Source: Helicobacteraceae bacterium (GTDB lineage: Bacteria > Campylobacterota > Campylobacteria > Campylobacterales > Sulfurimonadaceae). Taken from it: a stretch of 64,000 nucleotides of DNA. The translations under genes were made by a program, and so were the position numbers. The DNA is taken from NCBI GenBank assembly GCA_026988515.1, contig JALSLA010000069.1:3289-67288 (forward strand), given 5' to 3'. Shown one piece after another: positions 1 through 9,534 of the stretch. The first letter of the stretch is position 1. Every line of letters starts with the position of its first letter. A model generated the notes under the pieces. It had not been told where the DNA came from and ran no database searches. It saw only the letters and a program-made list of their open reading frames with translations.

Positions 1-362
1 CCGTCGAGAATCATAATGATAAAGACAATGACCGGAAAGAGAATCCATGCACTGTCTTTGGCAAAAAGATCACGGTGGGGATTCATGCTGCGAGCAATAA
101 GAAAAACAACGCCTAAAACAAGCGTAATGTTAAACATAACGCTACCGACAACATTGGCAATTGCCATATCGGACTTACCATCGGCCGATGCCATAACCGA
201 AGCGGCCATCTCCGGTAAAGAGGTTCCAAATGCCACGAGCGTTGCCCCAATTACAAAATGTGAAATTTTAAAATGCAGCGCTATACGCTCGGACTCTTTA
301 ATAATAAAATCTGCACCATATACCAGCGCTGCCATTGCCACTATAAAAACAGCAAAATCCAT
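1..362 (-). CDS. Ca2+/Na+ antiporter family (CaCA/YrbG-like) membrane protein, N-terminal part, truncated by window edge
   Basis: My own reverse-complement translation from the ATG at 362-360 gives MDFAVFIVAMAALVYGADFIIKESERIALHFKISHFVIGATLVAFGTSLPEMAAS... The GxTxxAxGTSxPE alpha-repeat is typical of sodium/calcium exchangers. The start overlaps the ybeY stop (TAATG). It is absent from the ORF track because it runs off the window. Confidence 0.6.
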   Translation of the reverse strand, partial: MDFAVFIVAMAALVYGADFIIKESERIALHFKISHFVIGATLVAFGTSLPEMAASVMASADGKSDMAIANVVGSVMFNITLVLGVVFLIARSMNPHRDLFAKDSAWILFPVIVFIIMILD

Positions 363-784
363 TAATTCTCCTCGTTTCGTATAATCAAGCTGTCGGGTAA
401 CCCCAATTGTGTGATGAGTCGTGCTTCTTCACAACGCATCTCACCGTTATCGGTTTCGTGATCATAACCCATAAGATGCAATAGACCATGAATAAAAAGC
501 AGTTGCAGCTCATCGTTAAAAGTATGTCCCATTGCCTTACTGATACGATCAGCGGTATCGATAGAGATTACAATGCTTCCTAGGGGAGACATTGGCATTG
601 GCTCAAATGGAAAACTTAACACATCGGTTGCTTTGTCTATATTACGGTATTGTTTATTGAGTTCTTTGATTTCGGTATCGTCAGTAAGCACCAGCTCAAC
701 GCTTTTAATATGCAGATCTGTTGCAATGTGACGTAACGGGGTGATGTCTACATTTCGTTTGGTTCTGTTTTCAAAGTCAATCAT
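362..784 (-). CDS. ybeY: rRNA maturation endoribonuclease YbeY
   Basis: 140 aa with the HGLLHLMGYDHE zinc-binding motif (HxxxHxxxxxH) characteristic of YbeY/UPF0054. Confidence 0.9.
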   Translation of the reverse strand: MIDFENRTKRNVDITPLRHIATDLHIKSVELVLTDDTEIKELNKQYRNIDKATDVLSFPFEPMPMSPLGSIVISIDTADRISKAMGHTFNDELQLLFIHGLLHLMGYDHETDNGEMRCEEARLITQLGLPDSLIIRNEEN

Positions 785-849
785 AAAGCGTATTGTACCC
801 AGATATGATACAATATGAAGGTATAAAATGCTATTTTTGAGGGGCGGCA

Positions 850-1527
850 GTGGCAGAGAAACAGGCAGTATGTATTATGAGCGGTGGTATGGATTCGACA
901 CTTGCGGCATACCTGATGAAGGAAGATGGGTACGATATTATCGGGATACATTTTAGTTACGGACAACGAACGGAGTTTAAAGAGCATACGGCATTTCATG
1001 CGATTTGCGACCATTTACATGTCACGAAGCGTTATGTGCTTCCGTTGGAGTTTTTTAAAGATATAGGTGCTTCTTCTTTGACCGACACTACTGTTTCTGT
1101 GCCGACAGAAGGTATTGAACCGGGTGTTCCTACCACGTATGTTCCTTTTCGAAACGGTATTTTTCTAAGCATTGCCGCTGCTATTGCCGAAAAAGAAGGT
1201 GCCGAAGTGTTGAGTATCGGAGTGGTTGAAGAAGACAGTAGCGGCTATCCTGACTGTACGAAAGTATTTATTGAAAGCATGACACAAAGCATTAATTTAG
1301 GAACCAAAGCATCGACTAAACTACAGATTGCAATGCCGTTGGTTACACTTAAAAAAGAGGAGATTGTTGCAAAAGCACTTCAACTAGAGGTACCGCTTCA
1401 TTTAACATGGAGCTGCTATCAGAATGACACAGTGGCGTGCGGCGTGTGTGATAGTTGTCGTTTGCGACTCAAAGGCTTTGCATTAGCCAATATATTGGAT
1501 CCGATACCGTATGAAACGGCTACTTAA
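850..1527 (+). CDS. queC: 7-cyano-7-deazaguanine synthase QueC
   Basis: SGGMDS PP-loop near the N-terminus. C-terminal WSCY...CGVCDSCRLR zinc cluster. The 225 aa length fits QueC. Confidence 0.9.
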   Translation: MAEKQAVCIMSGGMDSTLAAYLMKEDGYDIIGIHFSYGQRTEFKEHTAFHAICDHLHVTKRYVLPLEFFKDIGASSLTDTTVSVPTEGIEPGVPTTYVPFRNGIFLSIAAAIAEKEGAEVLSIGVVEEDSSGYPDCTKVFIESMTQSINLGTKASTKLQIAMPLVTLKKEEIVAKALQLEVPLHLTWSCYQNDTVACGVCDSCRLRLKGFALANILDPIPYETAT

Positions 1528-2161
1528 ACATCCGCGCTTCCCTATTGTTTACCACTATAAACCGCGACAGAAACATACCTACATTGCTATAGAAAGCGAC
1601 GGTACGGTCTGTATTCGCACTCCTATCAGCAATATGGACTTTCTTGAAACGATAGTACGTGAAAAAGAGCATTGGATCATACAGCAACTCGAAAATATGG
1701 CACAACATGAACAGGCTGTTTTGGGTGAAACATTCTATTATTTGGGAGTACTGCACACTATGGACTCTCGTGTCGCAAAACCGCTTAAAGAAGCCATCTC
1801 CCGGTTACGATCTGTGGAGCCTAGGAAGTTGCAGCACTGTTATGATCTCTTTTACAAGCAGGCATGCGCATACTACATACCGCAGCGTATAGCTTATTTT
1901 TCAGATATGATGGGGCTCTACCCCAAAATGGTCAGCTATAGAAAAATGAAACGGCGCTGGGGAAGTTGTGATGCCAACAAACAGCTAACCTTTAACAGCG
2001 CTGTTATGAAGCTTTCAGTAGAGCAAATTGACTATATTGTCGTACATGAATTGGCACATATTAAACATATGAATCATTCTGCAGTATTTCACCGTCTGGT
2101 ACAGCAGTATTGCAGTGAGGCACGTTCAATCGAAGAGAGCCTTCGTCGATTACGTCCGTGA
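1511..2161 (+). CDS. YgjP-like (DUF45 / M48-related) metal-dependent hydrolase
   Basis: RWGSC motif followed by IDYIVVHELAHIKHMNHS (HExxH), as in the YgjP/DUF45 family. Confidence 0.8.
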   Translation: MKRLLKHPRFPIVYHYKPRQKHTYIAIESDGTVCIRTPISNMDFLETIVREKEHWIIQQLENMAQHEQAVLGETFYYLGVLHTMDSRVAKPLKEAISRLRSVEPRKLQHCYDLFYKQACAYYIPQRIAYFSDMMGLYPKMVSYRKMKRRWGSCDANKQLTFNSAVMKLSVEQIDYIVVHELAHIKHMNHSAVFHRLVQQYCSEARSIEESLRRLRP

Positions 2162-2950
2162 TACTTTTTTGGCTGCTTTGTTGGCATACATAAGTTTATC
2201 GGCTTTTTCAAGCACTGCTTTCAAGGTATCGCCTTTCTTGTAGGCTGCAATACCAAACGAGAATCCCATGGGTAAAATGTCGCCGTTGGTTGCTCGAATT
2301 TTCTTATGTGTCAGTGCATCACTGGCCTTCTCAAAAGTAGCGTTTAGGGCTTTAATGTCATGTGTTGAGGAAAAGACAATGAACTCATCTCCGGCAAAAC
2401 GTACCAACTCTGAGGACTCAAATGATCTTTCTAGAAAGTTGGCAATATAAATAAGGACTTTATCACCCACTGTATGACCGTAGGTGTCGTTGATAAATTT
2501 AAAACGATCCAGATCAATAAAGGTGAGGGCACCGTCTTCTTGAAAAGTTCCATCATCATCTAAAAAATGGTCGGAGATCCACTGACGATTGTATTTACCC
2601 GTAAGCGGGTCGGTATAGATACGTGCCTGAAGTTGTTTCATTTCATCTCTTAATTGCGCTACTTCATGGCTGACACGCTGTAACTTGTCACTGTCACCGT
2701 CACGAATGGCATCTTGCGCATCTTGTGTAGAACTCGACAGTTTGGCAATATGCGTGTGGGTGGAATCGAGTAGATCATTTGCTTTTTGAATCGTCTCTTC
2801 ACTGCTGTGCATAATAAAATCTGTATCTTCAAAATCAACATTATAGGCTTTTGCAAGTGTTTCAAACCGTTCTTTGTACAGTGAGGGCAGTACGACATCT
2901 CGTTTCATTAAATCAGAGATGGTAATATCGGTAAGTTCTTCCAGATTCAT
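2150..2950 (-). CDS. GGDEF-domain diguanylate cyclase-like protein with N-terminal coiled coil; active-site motif reads AGDEF
   Basis: C-terminal half has FIDLDRFKFINDTYGHTVGDKVL ... RFAGDEFIVF ... ADKLMYANK, the typical GGDEF domain layout. The N-terminal about 100 aa are helical. Confidence 0.8.
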   Translation of the reverse strand: MNLEELTDITISDLMKRDVVLPSLYKERFETLAKAYNVDFEDTDFIMHSSEETIQKANDLLDSTHTHIAKLSSSTQDAQDAIRDGDSDKLQRVSHEVAQLRDEMKQLQARIYTDPLTGKYNRQWISDHFLDDDGTFQEDGALTFIDLDRFKFINDTYGHTVGDKVLIYIANFLERSFESSELVRFAGDEFIVFSSTHDIKALNATFEKASDALTHKKIRATNGDILPMGFSFGIAAYKKGDTLKAVLEKADKLMYANKAAKKVSRT

Positions 2951-2996
2951 TAGTACTCACTTCCTAGTGATATTATAAATTATATAACAAATTGTA

Positions 2997-4130
2997 TTAA
3001 CGTATTTTTAAAAAGGTCTCAATACTGACACGACTCCATTGCTTGCTTTGAGTAAGATGGTTTTGCGCGGATAACAATACCTTGTTAAAATCACTGTTTT
3101 CTTGACGTAAATCATTGAAAACTGTTTTTAAGGATTTTTTTGCCGAAGTAATGACATCGTCGGGATACGTTGAAAGAATGACTCCGTAAGCGTCAAGTTT
3201 TTCCATGGTTTGCGCATTTTCATACTGAAACTCATAGGTCATTTCCGCATTCATTTGTGATGCTGCCATGGTAATAATTTCTTGATGTTCCGATGCAAGT
3301 TTTTCAAATGAACGCTTATTGAAGGTCAGCTCCAAAATTGAACCCGGTTCATGCCAACCGGAGTAATAATAGGGCGCTACTTTATAAAAACCCATCGTGA
3401 CATCGAGTGCCGGTCCGACCCATTCGGTTGCATCAATAACGCCACGTTCCAATGCGGTATAAATTTCGCCGGCGGGGAGCAGTACTGGATTGACACCAAG
3501 CTTGGCAAACACCTCTGCCGCCAATCCGGGAACACGCATTTTCAGCCCTTGCATATCGGCTAAAGAGTGAATCGGTTTTCGAAACCATCCGCCCATTTGG
3601 ATGTTGGTATTACCACCCAAAAAAGGGTAGAGGTTATATTTGGCATAGAGTTCACGCCACAGTTGCAGTCCGCCACCAAAAAGCATCCACGCATTGATCT
3701 CTTCGGCCGTAAAACCGAAAGGAAATCCGCTAAATAGTGAAAAGGCACTGTTTTTACCCTTCCAGTAGTACGGACCGGAATGAAACATGTCAATCTGACC
3801 GCTACTGGCGGCATCAAAGACAGCAAGAGCCGGAATGAGTGTATTTTTGGGATAGAGTTTGATCTCGAGTGAACCGCCGCTTGCATGGTTGACACGTTTA
3901 ACAAACCTTTCGACACCTGTACCCATAATGGGAAAGTGTGCCGGCCAGCTTGTCGCCAACTTGAGGGTTGTTTTTTTGTTTTTATTGATGAAGACCCTTT
4001 TAGGGTCACCATCATGATGTTTAGGATGTTTGGTGTAGTCGATGGCAACACGGTTGCTATCATTACAGCCGCTTAAGAGTAAGCTACCGCCTGCTATTGA
4101 TGTAGCAGTGATAAAAGTTCTTCGGTTCAT
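2997..4130 (-). CDS. TRAP transporter substrate-binding protein (DctP family) with Tat/lipoprotein-type signal
   Basis: MNRRTFITATSIAGGSLLLSGC twin-arginine plus lipobox-like leader. The body resembles DctP-type periplasmic binding proteins. I prefer the Met at 4130 over the track start at 4151. Confidence 0.75.
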   Translation of the reverse strand: MNRRTFITATSIAGGSLLLSGCNDSNRVAIDYTKHPKHHDGDPKRVFINKNKKTTLKLATSWPAHFPIMGTGVERFVKRVNHASGGSLEIKLYPKNTLIPALAVFDAASSGQIDMFHSGPYYWKGKNSAFSLFSGFPFGFTAEEINAWMLFGGGLQLWRELYAKYNLYPFLGGNTNIQMGGWFRKPIHSLADMQGLKMRVPGLAAEVFAKLGVNPVLLPAGEIYTALERGVIDATEWVGPALDVTMGFYKVAPYYYSGWHEPGSILELTFNKRSFEKLASEHQEIITMAASQMNAEMTYEFQYENAQTMEKLDAYGVILSTYPDDVITSAKKSLKTVFNDLRQENSDFNKVLLSAQNHLTQSKQWSRVSIETFLKIR

Positions 4131-4140
4131 GACAACTCCT

Positions 4141-5157
4141 TTAGATGGCAAATGTTAACTGTTTTGGATGCTTCTCATGTTCGAGCATCGCTTTTAACGA
4201 ATGGTGATGCAACAGTAGCACAAAATTGAATGCTAACGTCCGTAACTGTCCGATAAGCTCATGAGAGTTCTCGTAAGTTAGATAGACAACATTATCATAT
4301 TTTTTAATATTAATATGTGAAGGCGTAAGTACTATGATGGTTGCCCACGACGCTTTCGTCGTTAAAAACGTGAGTGCTTCATTAAACAACGTGTCATCAT
4401 TTTGAAAAATAATAACACGTTCCGTACTGCCAAAAGGTCGACACTGTAAGCTTCGGTTGACAAATAGCGGTTCGAAATGGTGCAGTGAAGAGAGTCTTTG
4501 TATGAGATACGGGATGCGCTCTCTTTTTAAAAAGTTAAGTACTTTTTCCAGATAGGGGAGTAGCCATGGTGCCATACGTATACGCTCGTAATAACGTCCG
4601 TCAAAAATAAAGCTGCTTTCAAATAAGGAGTTCTCTAATACGCTCAGTGCATGCAGTGTTGAAAATTGTAGTGATTTACATGCGGGAATGAGAGAGATTA
4701 TTTGCGTAAGTTTTGTATCGATTAGCAGCAGGGAGTGTTCCATGGCGCGGTTGATGACATGGATCATTGCATCTAAATGATTTGAATGCAGTGTGATCAG
4801 GGTATCGTTGTTGTGTAGTAATGCGATCAGATCCAAATAGATAGTGTCGCACGATCGTATGTTTACATGTAGATGCAGTAGCTGATGGCGTAATATTTTT
4901 TGAACGGCTTGATATACACTGTCGACGCGTATCCATGCAATCTCATGGTCGGTAATAAGCATGTCACTCTCATAGAGCAGGGCATAGGCTCCTTTGGAAA
5001 CGGCTTCGTCAATAGCGTGTATATTGTTATTGGTGACAATGAAAAGGTCGCCCCGCGTCACCTCATGCGCATGGCACGCAATATTGAAATACTCTTTAAC
5101 ACTGGGATTGTTCTCTAAGGTACCAAATGTGAGTGAAACAACATTGTCAATGAGCAT
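4141..5157 (-). CDS. hypothetical protein (weak resemblance of N-terminus to Mur-ligase/MurF domain 1, no P-loop)
   Basis: Long uninterrupted ORF packed between metG and the TRAP gene. N-terminus has ...EVTRGDLFIV...AIDEAVSKGAYALLY...WIRVDSVYQAVQKIL. No GxxGK[ST] motif is seen. Confidence 0.5.
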   Translation of the reverse strand: MLIDNVVSLTFGTLENNPSVKEYFNIACHAHEVTRGDLFIVTNNNIHAIDEAVSKGAYALLYESDMLITDHEIAWIRVDSVYQAVQKILRHQLLHLHVNIRSCDTIYLDLIALLHNNDTLITLHSNHLDAMIHVINRAMEHSLLLIDTKLTQIISLIPACKSLQFSTLHALSVLENSLFESSFIFDGRYYERIRMAPWLLPYLEKVLNFLKRERIPYLIQRLSSLHHFEPLFVNRSLQCRPFGSTERVIIFQNDDTLFNEALTFLTTKASWATIIVLTPSHINIKKYDNVVYLTYENSHELIGQLRTLAFNFVLLLHHHSLKAMLEHEKHPKQLTFAI

Positions 5158-5165
5158 TCAGTTCT

Positions 5166-7100
5166 CTAGCCAATCGGCGTGCCGGCGGCTTTTGGTTTTT
5201 CGGGGCGAATCAGAGCGAGTCCATCATTATCTTTGGCGGCAAGCAACATGCCTTCAGAAAGCATTCCCATCAGTTTGGCGGGTTTTAAGTTGGCGACAAC
5301 ACACACTTGGGTATTGAGCAGTGATTGGGCGCTGTAAAATTCTTTGATACCGGCAATAACTTGACGTGGCCGACTCTCTCCCACATCCACTTGAAGCTGT
5401 AGTAATTTTTTGCTTTTAGGGACTTCTTGTGCCTCAACAACTGTGCCGACTTTCAAAGAGGTTTGAAAGAACTGGTCGATTGTAATCAGGTTATCTGTTT
5501 CGGGCTCATTGTTTTTCTCTTCATGTTTGGTGTCCGCTTCTACCATCGCTTTGGGGGCTTCAGGCATTAACGGCTCGTCGATTCGCGGAAATAACGGCGG
5601 GACTTTTTTAATGACAAAAGGCTCCAGAAGTTGACACGCTTTAATAAGTCTCTCATAGGTTTGTGTTGTGATCTCAAACCCCAGTGCATCGGCAATAGTG
5701 GCGGTCGTTTTTGGCATGACCGCATGAAGCAATACCGAGGCTTTAGCTAAAATATTGGCAACCAAAGCCACGGTAGCCAATGCTTCATCGGTTTTTCCTT
5801 CTTTAATTTTTACCCAAGGCGCATGCTCTTCAATAGCACGGTTTCCAATAGTAAAAAGCTTCCATAACTCTTCTAAAAAGCGGTGAAACTGAATATTTTC
5901 AAGATGATTTTCAACCGTTTCCAAAATAGCATCAATTGCCTGAAGCTCTTTTGCATGGTACGTGCTAACATGAACACTTTCAATATGAAAGTCGGAATAT
6001 TTTCCACTCATCCCGATAATACGATTAAGAAGATTGCCCAAGTCATTGCTGAGATCGGAATTAATGCGGTCAATGAAGGCGCGTTGTGAAAAGTCACCGT
6101 CTTGTCCAAAAGGAACCTCACGCAGCATGAAGTAGCGAAAATTTTCCAGGCCGTAATGTTCTGCAACCTCTTTGGGAAAGACCACATTACCTTTGGATTT
6201 GCTCATTTTTTCACCGTCTCGCGTCCACCAGCCGTGCGCTCCAATATGTTTGGGCAGGGGCAGCTCCAAACTCATTAAAAAAGCCGGCCAGAAAATGGCA
6301 TGAAAACGTAAAATATCTTTACCGACAAGATGCATGGTAGCCGGCCAGTAGCGTTGCATCTTCTCATCGTGTTCACTGCCGTAACCCAATGCGGTAATGT
6401 AATTAAGCAGGGCATCAAGCCATACATACATCACATGTTTGTCATCATGAAGACTCTGCGGTAACGTAACACCCCATGTAAAACTTGTTCGTGTTACTGA
6501 GAGATCGTTAAGGCCGCTTTTGACAAAATTAACAACCTCATTCTTACGAGAGCGCGGTAAAATAAAGTCGTCATGAGCTTCATAGTACTCAAGAAGCCTT
6601 TGCTCATAGTTTGAGAGTCGAAAAAAGTAGCTCTCTTCTTTAACTATAGAGGTAGCACGACCGCAGTCGGGACAAAACTCACCGTCTACAAGTTGTGTTT
6701 CGGGGAAAAATGTTTCGCAACTAACGCAGTAGTGTCCTTCATAAAAATCTTTGTAGATGTCACCCTTGGCATACATGGTCTCAAAGGCTTTTTGTACCGA
6801 TTGCTGATGATTTGCATCTGTCGTGCGAATAAAGTAGTCATAGCTAATATCAAATTCGTCCCAGAGATTTTTGAATGTTGCACTGATCTCATCGGCAAAT
6901 TCTCTGGTTGATTTTCCATTGCGTTTGGCAGACTCTTCGATTTTTTGACCGTGTTCATCAGTGCCGGTTAGAAAGAAGGTATCGTTGCCGATAAGACGGT
7001 TGTAACGCGCCAGAGCATCAGCAATAAAAGTTGTGTAAGCGTGACCGATATGGGCTTCTCCGTTAACATAGTAGATGGGTGTGGTAATGTAATAACTCAT
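5166..7100 (-). CDS. metG: methionine--tRNA ligase with C-terminal tRNA-binding domain
   Basis: HIGHAYT (HIGH) and KMSKSKGN (KMSKS) motifs. CxxC...CxxC knuckle. C-terminal EMAP/Trbp111-like domain (VGTVVEAQEVPKSKKLLQLQVDVG). Confidence 0.95.
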   Translation of the reverse strand: MSYYITTPIYYVNGEAHIGHAYTTFIADALARYNRLIGNDTFFLTGTDEHGQKIEESAKRNGKSTREFADEISATFKNLWDEFDISYDYFIRTTDANHQQSVQKAFETMYAKGDIYKDFYEGHYCVSCETFFPETQLVDGEFCPDCGRATSIVKEESYFFRLSNYEQRLLEYYEAHDDFILPRSRKNEVVNFVKSGLNDLSVTRTSFTWGVTLPQSLHDDKHVMYVWLDALLNYITALGYGSEHDEKMQRYWPATMHLVGKDILRFHAIFWPAFLMSLELPLPKHIGAHGWWTRDGEKMSKSKGNVVFPKEVAEHYGLENFRYFMLREVPFGQDGDFSQRAFIDRINSDLSNDLGNLLNRIIGMSGKYSDFHIESVHVSTYHAKELQAIDAILETVENHLENIQFHRFLEELWKLFTIGNRAIEEHAPWVKIKEGKTDEALATVALVANILAKASVLLHAVMPKTTATIADALGFEITTQTYERLIKACQLLEPFVIKKVPPLFPRIDEPLMPEAPKAMVEADTKHEEKNNEPETDNLITIDQFFQTSLKVGTVVEAQEVPKSKKLLQLQVDVGESRPRQVIAGIKEFYSAQSLLNTQVCVVANLKPAKLMGMLSEGMLLAAKDNDGLALIRPEKPKAAGTPIG

Positions 7101-7122
7101 TTAGCGTACTTCCTCAATAATT

Positions 7123-7323
7123 TTAAAATTCAAATCCACCGGTGTCTCCTTTTGACATGCTCTCATATACAGTTTTGACATACTCTTTACGAAGCTCACA
7201 GACTAGATAGTGTTGGCATGCAGAACAGCTTGAAACGTGCTGTTCTTGCTGACAGCGCTGCAGTTTTTCCAAAGCGTTGTTGAGTTGAGTCTCAAAGTCA
7301 CTGCTTTGTTGTGTAGACATCAC
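7123..7323 (-). CDS. small Cys-containing conserved hypothetical protein
   Basis: 66-aa ORF between fbp and metG on the same strand, with CxxC ([12 protein letters not shown]). I recall a small ORF at the same position in Campylobacter (unchecked). It overlaps the fbp end by 26 nt. Confidence 0.45.
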   Translation of the reverse strand: MMSTQQSSDFETQLNNALEKLQRCQQEQHVSSCSACQHYLVCELRKEYVKTVYESMSKGDTGGFEF

Positions 7324-8140
7324 GTACCCGTTCTATCTCATATTTGGAGCCGAAAAAACATGGGGATGTGTCATGGATATGGGCGACGCCGCGCTCGAGT
7401 AGTCGTTGTGTACCGTCAGTACCAAATCCACCGGCCTTTTCATAGATAAACGCAAAAGGGAATACTTCAAAAAGCAGTCGCAATTTTCCGTTGGGTTTAT
7501 CGGATGTGGCCGGATAGCTGAAGAGTCCGCCGCCTTTTAGCAGTATTTGATGCAAGTCCGGTACCATGCCGCCGGAATAACGCAGGCGATAGCCTTCGTT
7601 GAAAAGACCGTCAATAAGGCTTTTGTGGTACGGTTCCCAATGTTGTTGGGTTCCTCCGGGGGCATTGAGTTTTCCTTTTTCATTGAGACGAATCTCTTTG
7701 ACAAATTCCCAGTTTTTTTCTTGCAGCAGGTGCAACTTGGTTTTGTTATGCGAAAAGACCATTTCAACCCGAGGACCAAATACGACATAACACGCTGCTA
7801 CCAGATTGGCTCCCTCAAAACTTTTTTCGTAAATACCGTAGATAGATCCGACACTTAAGTTGACATCAACAAGCGAAGAGCCGTCAAGAGGATCATAGGC
7901 AATATAGTATTTGCCGTTCTCATGCAGTGTTATAGCGTGCTCTTTCTCTTCACTGGCAACGGTATGAACGGATGCCACACGAGAGAACTCCTCTTCAATA
8001 ATCATATCGCATTGAATATCAAGTTCAAGTTGCGTTTCTCCTGAACTGTTCTGTTCTTGGGAATAGCCGATATCTTTAACATCAATGGCCTTTTTAATAC
8101 GTACGGAACTGCGCTGAATGGCCTCAAAAATTTCTCTCAT
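7298..8140 (-). CDS. fbp: fructose-1,6-bisphosphatase, class I
   Basis: YDPLDGSS metal-binding motif and [18 protein letters not shown], typical of FBPase class 1. Confidence 0.9.
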   Translation of the reverse strand: MREIFEAIQRSSVRIKKAIDVKDIGYSQEQNSSGETQLELDIQCDMIIEEEFSRVASVHTVASEEKEHAITLHENGKYYIAYDPLDGSSLVDVNLSVGSIYGIYEKSFEGANLVAACYVVFGPRVEMVFSHNKTKLHLLQEKNWEFVKEIRLNEKGKLNAPGGTQQHWEPYHKSLIDGLFNEGYRLRYSGGMVPDLHQILLKGGGLFSYPATSDKPNGKLRLLFEVFPFAFIYEKAGGFGTDGTQRLLERGVAHIHDTSPCFFGSKYEIERVRDVYTTKQ

Positions 8141-8644
8141 TTATACTACCTTTGCATGGGTTAAAATCCAGGAGACAACGTCATGTGGATTGTTTAGGTC
8201 TAAAATAGTGACATTCTCAGGAAGTCGGTAATGACTCACATCAATGCTACTGTCAACAGCCAATGCATTCATGTAGGGAAAGTACTCGGTATCAATACGT
8301 TCTCTAAAAATGCTAATACGCGGTAACGGAAGATTCTTAAGTCCTTCAACCAGCAGCACATCGAAGCTTCCAAAAAGCCCAATAATCTCGTCAAGCTCTC
8401 TGTGGCGTTTTGAAAAGAGGGTAGTGCGTGTCGGCGAAGTAACGACAACTTCCGCCCCCGTATCGGAAAACCTGTAACTGTCTTTTCCCGGAACATCAAA
8501 GCGTGCCTTGTCTTTAGGGTCATTCTTTATAATGGCAACCTGAAGTCCGCGCTCATGAATTAAGAGACGTGCCACTTTGAGAATGAGTGTAGTTTTACCA
8601 CTGTTTGAGGGACCGGTAAATGCCACGGCAAGACGTTTTTTCAA
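8141..8644 (-). CDS. mobB: molybdopterin-guanine dinucleotide biosynthesis adapter protein MobB
   Basis: Walker A FTGPSNSGKTTL, 167 aa, MobB-like layout. The apparent start is TTG with AGGAA 6 nt upstream. Confidence 0.85.
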   Translation of the reverse strand: MKKRLAVAFTGPSNSGKTTLILKVARLLIHERGLQVAIIKNDPKDKARFDVPGKDSYRFSDTGAEVVVTSPTRTTLFSKRHRELDEIIGLFGSFDVLLVEGLKNLPLPRISIFRERIDTEYFPYMNALAVDSSIDVSHYRLPENVTILDLNNPHDVVSWILTHAKVV

Positions 8645-8653
8645 ATGAAAGTT

Positions 8654-8665
8654 CCTACATGTAAA
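8654..8665. repeat. copy of iterated palindrome (CCTACATGTAAA)
   Basis: Read directly. Lies in the mobB/lipoprotein divergent intergenic region and abuts the mobB Shine-Dalgarno (TACATGTAGGAA on the minus strand). Confidence 0.9.
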
Positions 8666-8724
8666 TTATTGAAGTGATTATATAAGAAGTATCATTAAAT
8701 AAATGTTTAAGTACAGCATTGCTA

Positions 8725-8733
8725 TGCTAAAAT
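8725..8733 (+). promoter_or_regulatory. putative extended -10 promoter element TGcTAAAAT
   Basis: TGnTAnAAT-type element 24 nt upstream of the ATG at 8757. The same TGnTAxxAT pattern recurs before several + strand genes in this window. Confidence 0.35.
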
Positions 8734-8756
8734 ATCATTAAAAATTAGGTTGCTAG

Positions 8757-9266
8757 ATGAAATCACTACTGTCTTTGGCACTGCTTGCCACACTGTTCTC
8801 AGGATGTTCTCAAACAACAGCATTTGACTTTTTTAAGATGGATGCCAACTATGAACGTGCCATTTCAAATTTACAAACCGGTACTATTGCCCGATCGTTT
8901 GAAACGGAAGTCATTCTCTCTAGTATCTATTTAAACAAAGTATACCCTCAGCAGTATCGTGACGGAGAGTACTTTTTTATTGCGCTTTATATAGCAGGCA
9001 AGCAAGACTTTTTTTTAAAATCCAAGCAACGTAACTCTGATTATAAACTGACACTTAACGGTATGGATTTTGTAAGTGCCAAAGAACTTAAAGAGAATGA
9101 TCCGTTGCGTTCGTTGATGCCAATTAATAATCAATGGAACCGCTACTATCTTATTCGGTTTGCAGTGCAACCCCGTGAAGATCTCCTGCTGCAACTTGAA
9201 GACAGAGATCTCAATACAATTAAGCTGCACTATAAAAAAGAGAATGCTGCAGTTACGACACCATAG
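8757..9266 (+). CDS. putative lipoprotein
   Basis: Signal peptide with lipobox LFSGC. No recognisable catalytic motif. Confidence 0.6.
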   Translation: MKSLLSLALLATLFSGCSQTTAFDFFKMDANYERAISNLQTGTIARSFETEVILSSIYLNKVYPQQYRDGEYFFIALYIAGKQDFFLKSKQRNSDYKLTLNGMDFVSAKELKENDPLRSLMPINNQWNRYYLIRFAVQPREDLLLQLEDRDLNTIKLHYKKENAAVTTP

Positions 9267-9534
9267 TATTGAGCATGCTGACAAAAATAATATCAATGAC
9301 CTGCAGGCCGATAATCAGTACCAGAGGTGTCAAATCAATGCCGTTAAAGGTAGTGGGAATATAGCGACGTACCAATTGGTACGCCGGCTCAGTGACTCGG
9401 TAGAGTATTTGAACAATAGGGTTACTCGGATCCGGACGTACCCAACTCAGTACGGCAGCAATAATGACGACCCAGATATAGGCATTGATCAGTGAGTGGA
9501 TCAATCCACCCAGCCCTAAAACAATTTCACTCAT
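9253..9534 (-). CDS. yggT: YggT family membrane protein
   Basis: 93 aa with two TM segments. The pattern ...W(V)[28 protein letters not shown]...GIDLTPLV matches the YggT family. Confidence 0.8.
   Translation of the reverse strand: MSEIVLGLGGLIHSLINAYIWVVIIAAVLSWVRPDPSNPIVQILYRVTEPAYQLVRRYIPTTFNGIDLTPLVLIIGLQVIDIIFVSMLNTMVS

Noticed and set aside
16-384. 122-aa + strand ORF at the left edge
   Set aside because: It is the antisense shadow of a much more convincing minus-strand CaCA antiporter reading frame that starts at 362. Its sequence is low-complexity (Ala/Ile/Ser/Thr-rich) and has no motif.
3560-4063. 167-aa alternative-frame ORF inside the TRAP binding-protein gene. Many similar nested or antisense track ORFs exist, e.g. 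32835-33164, 36850-37122, 52018-52278 and 55095-55517.
   Set aside because: All lie within or opposite genes with strong family motifs. They have biased, motif-free sequences and no independent RBS or promoter evidence.
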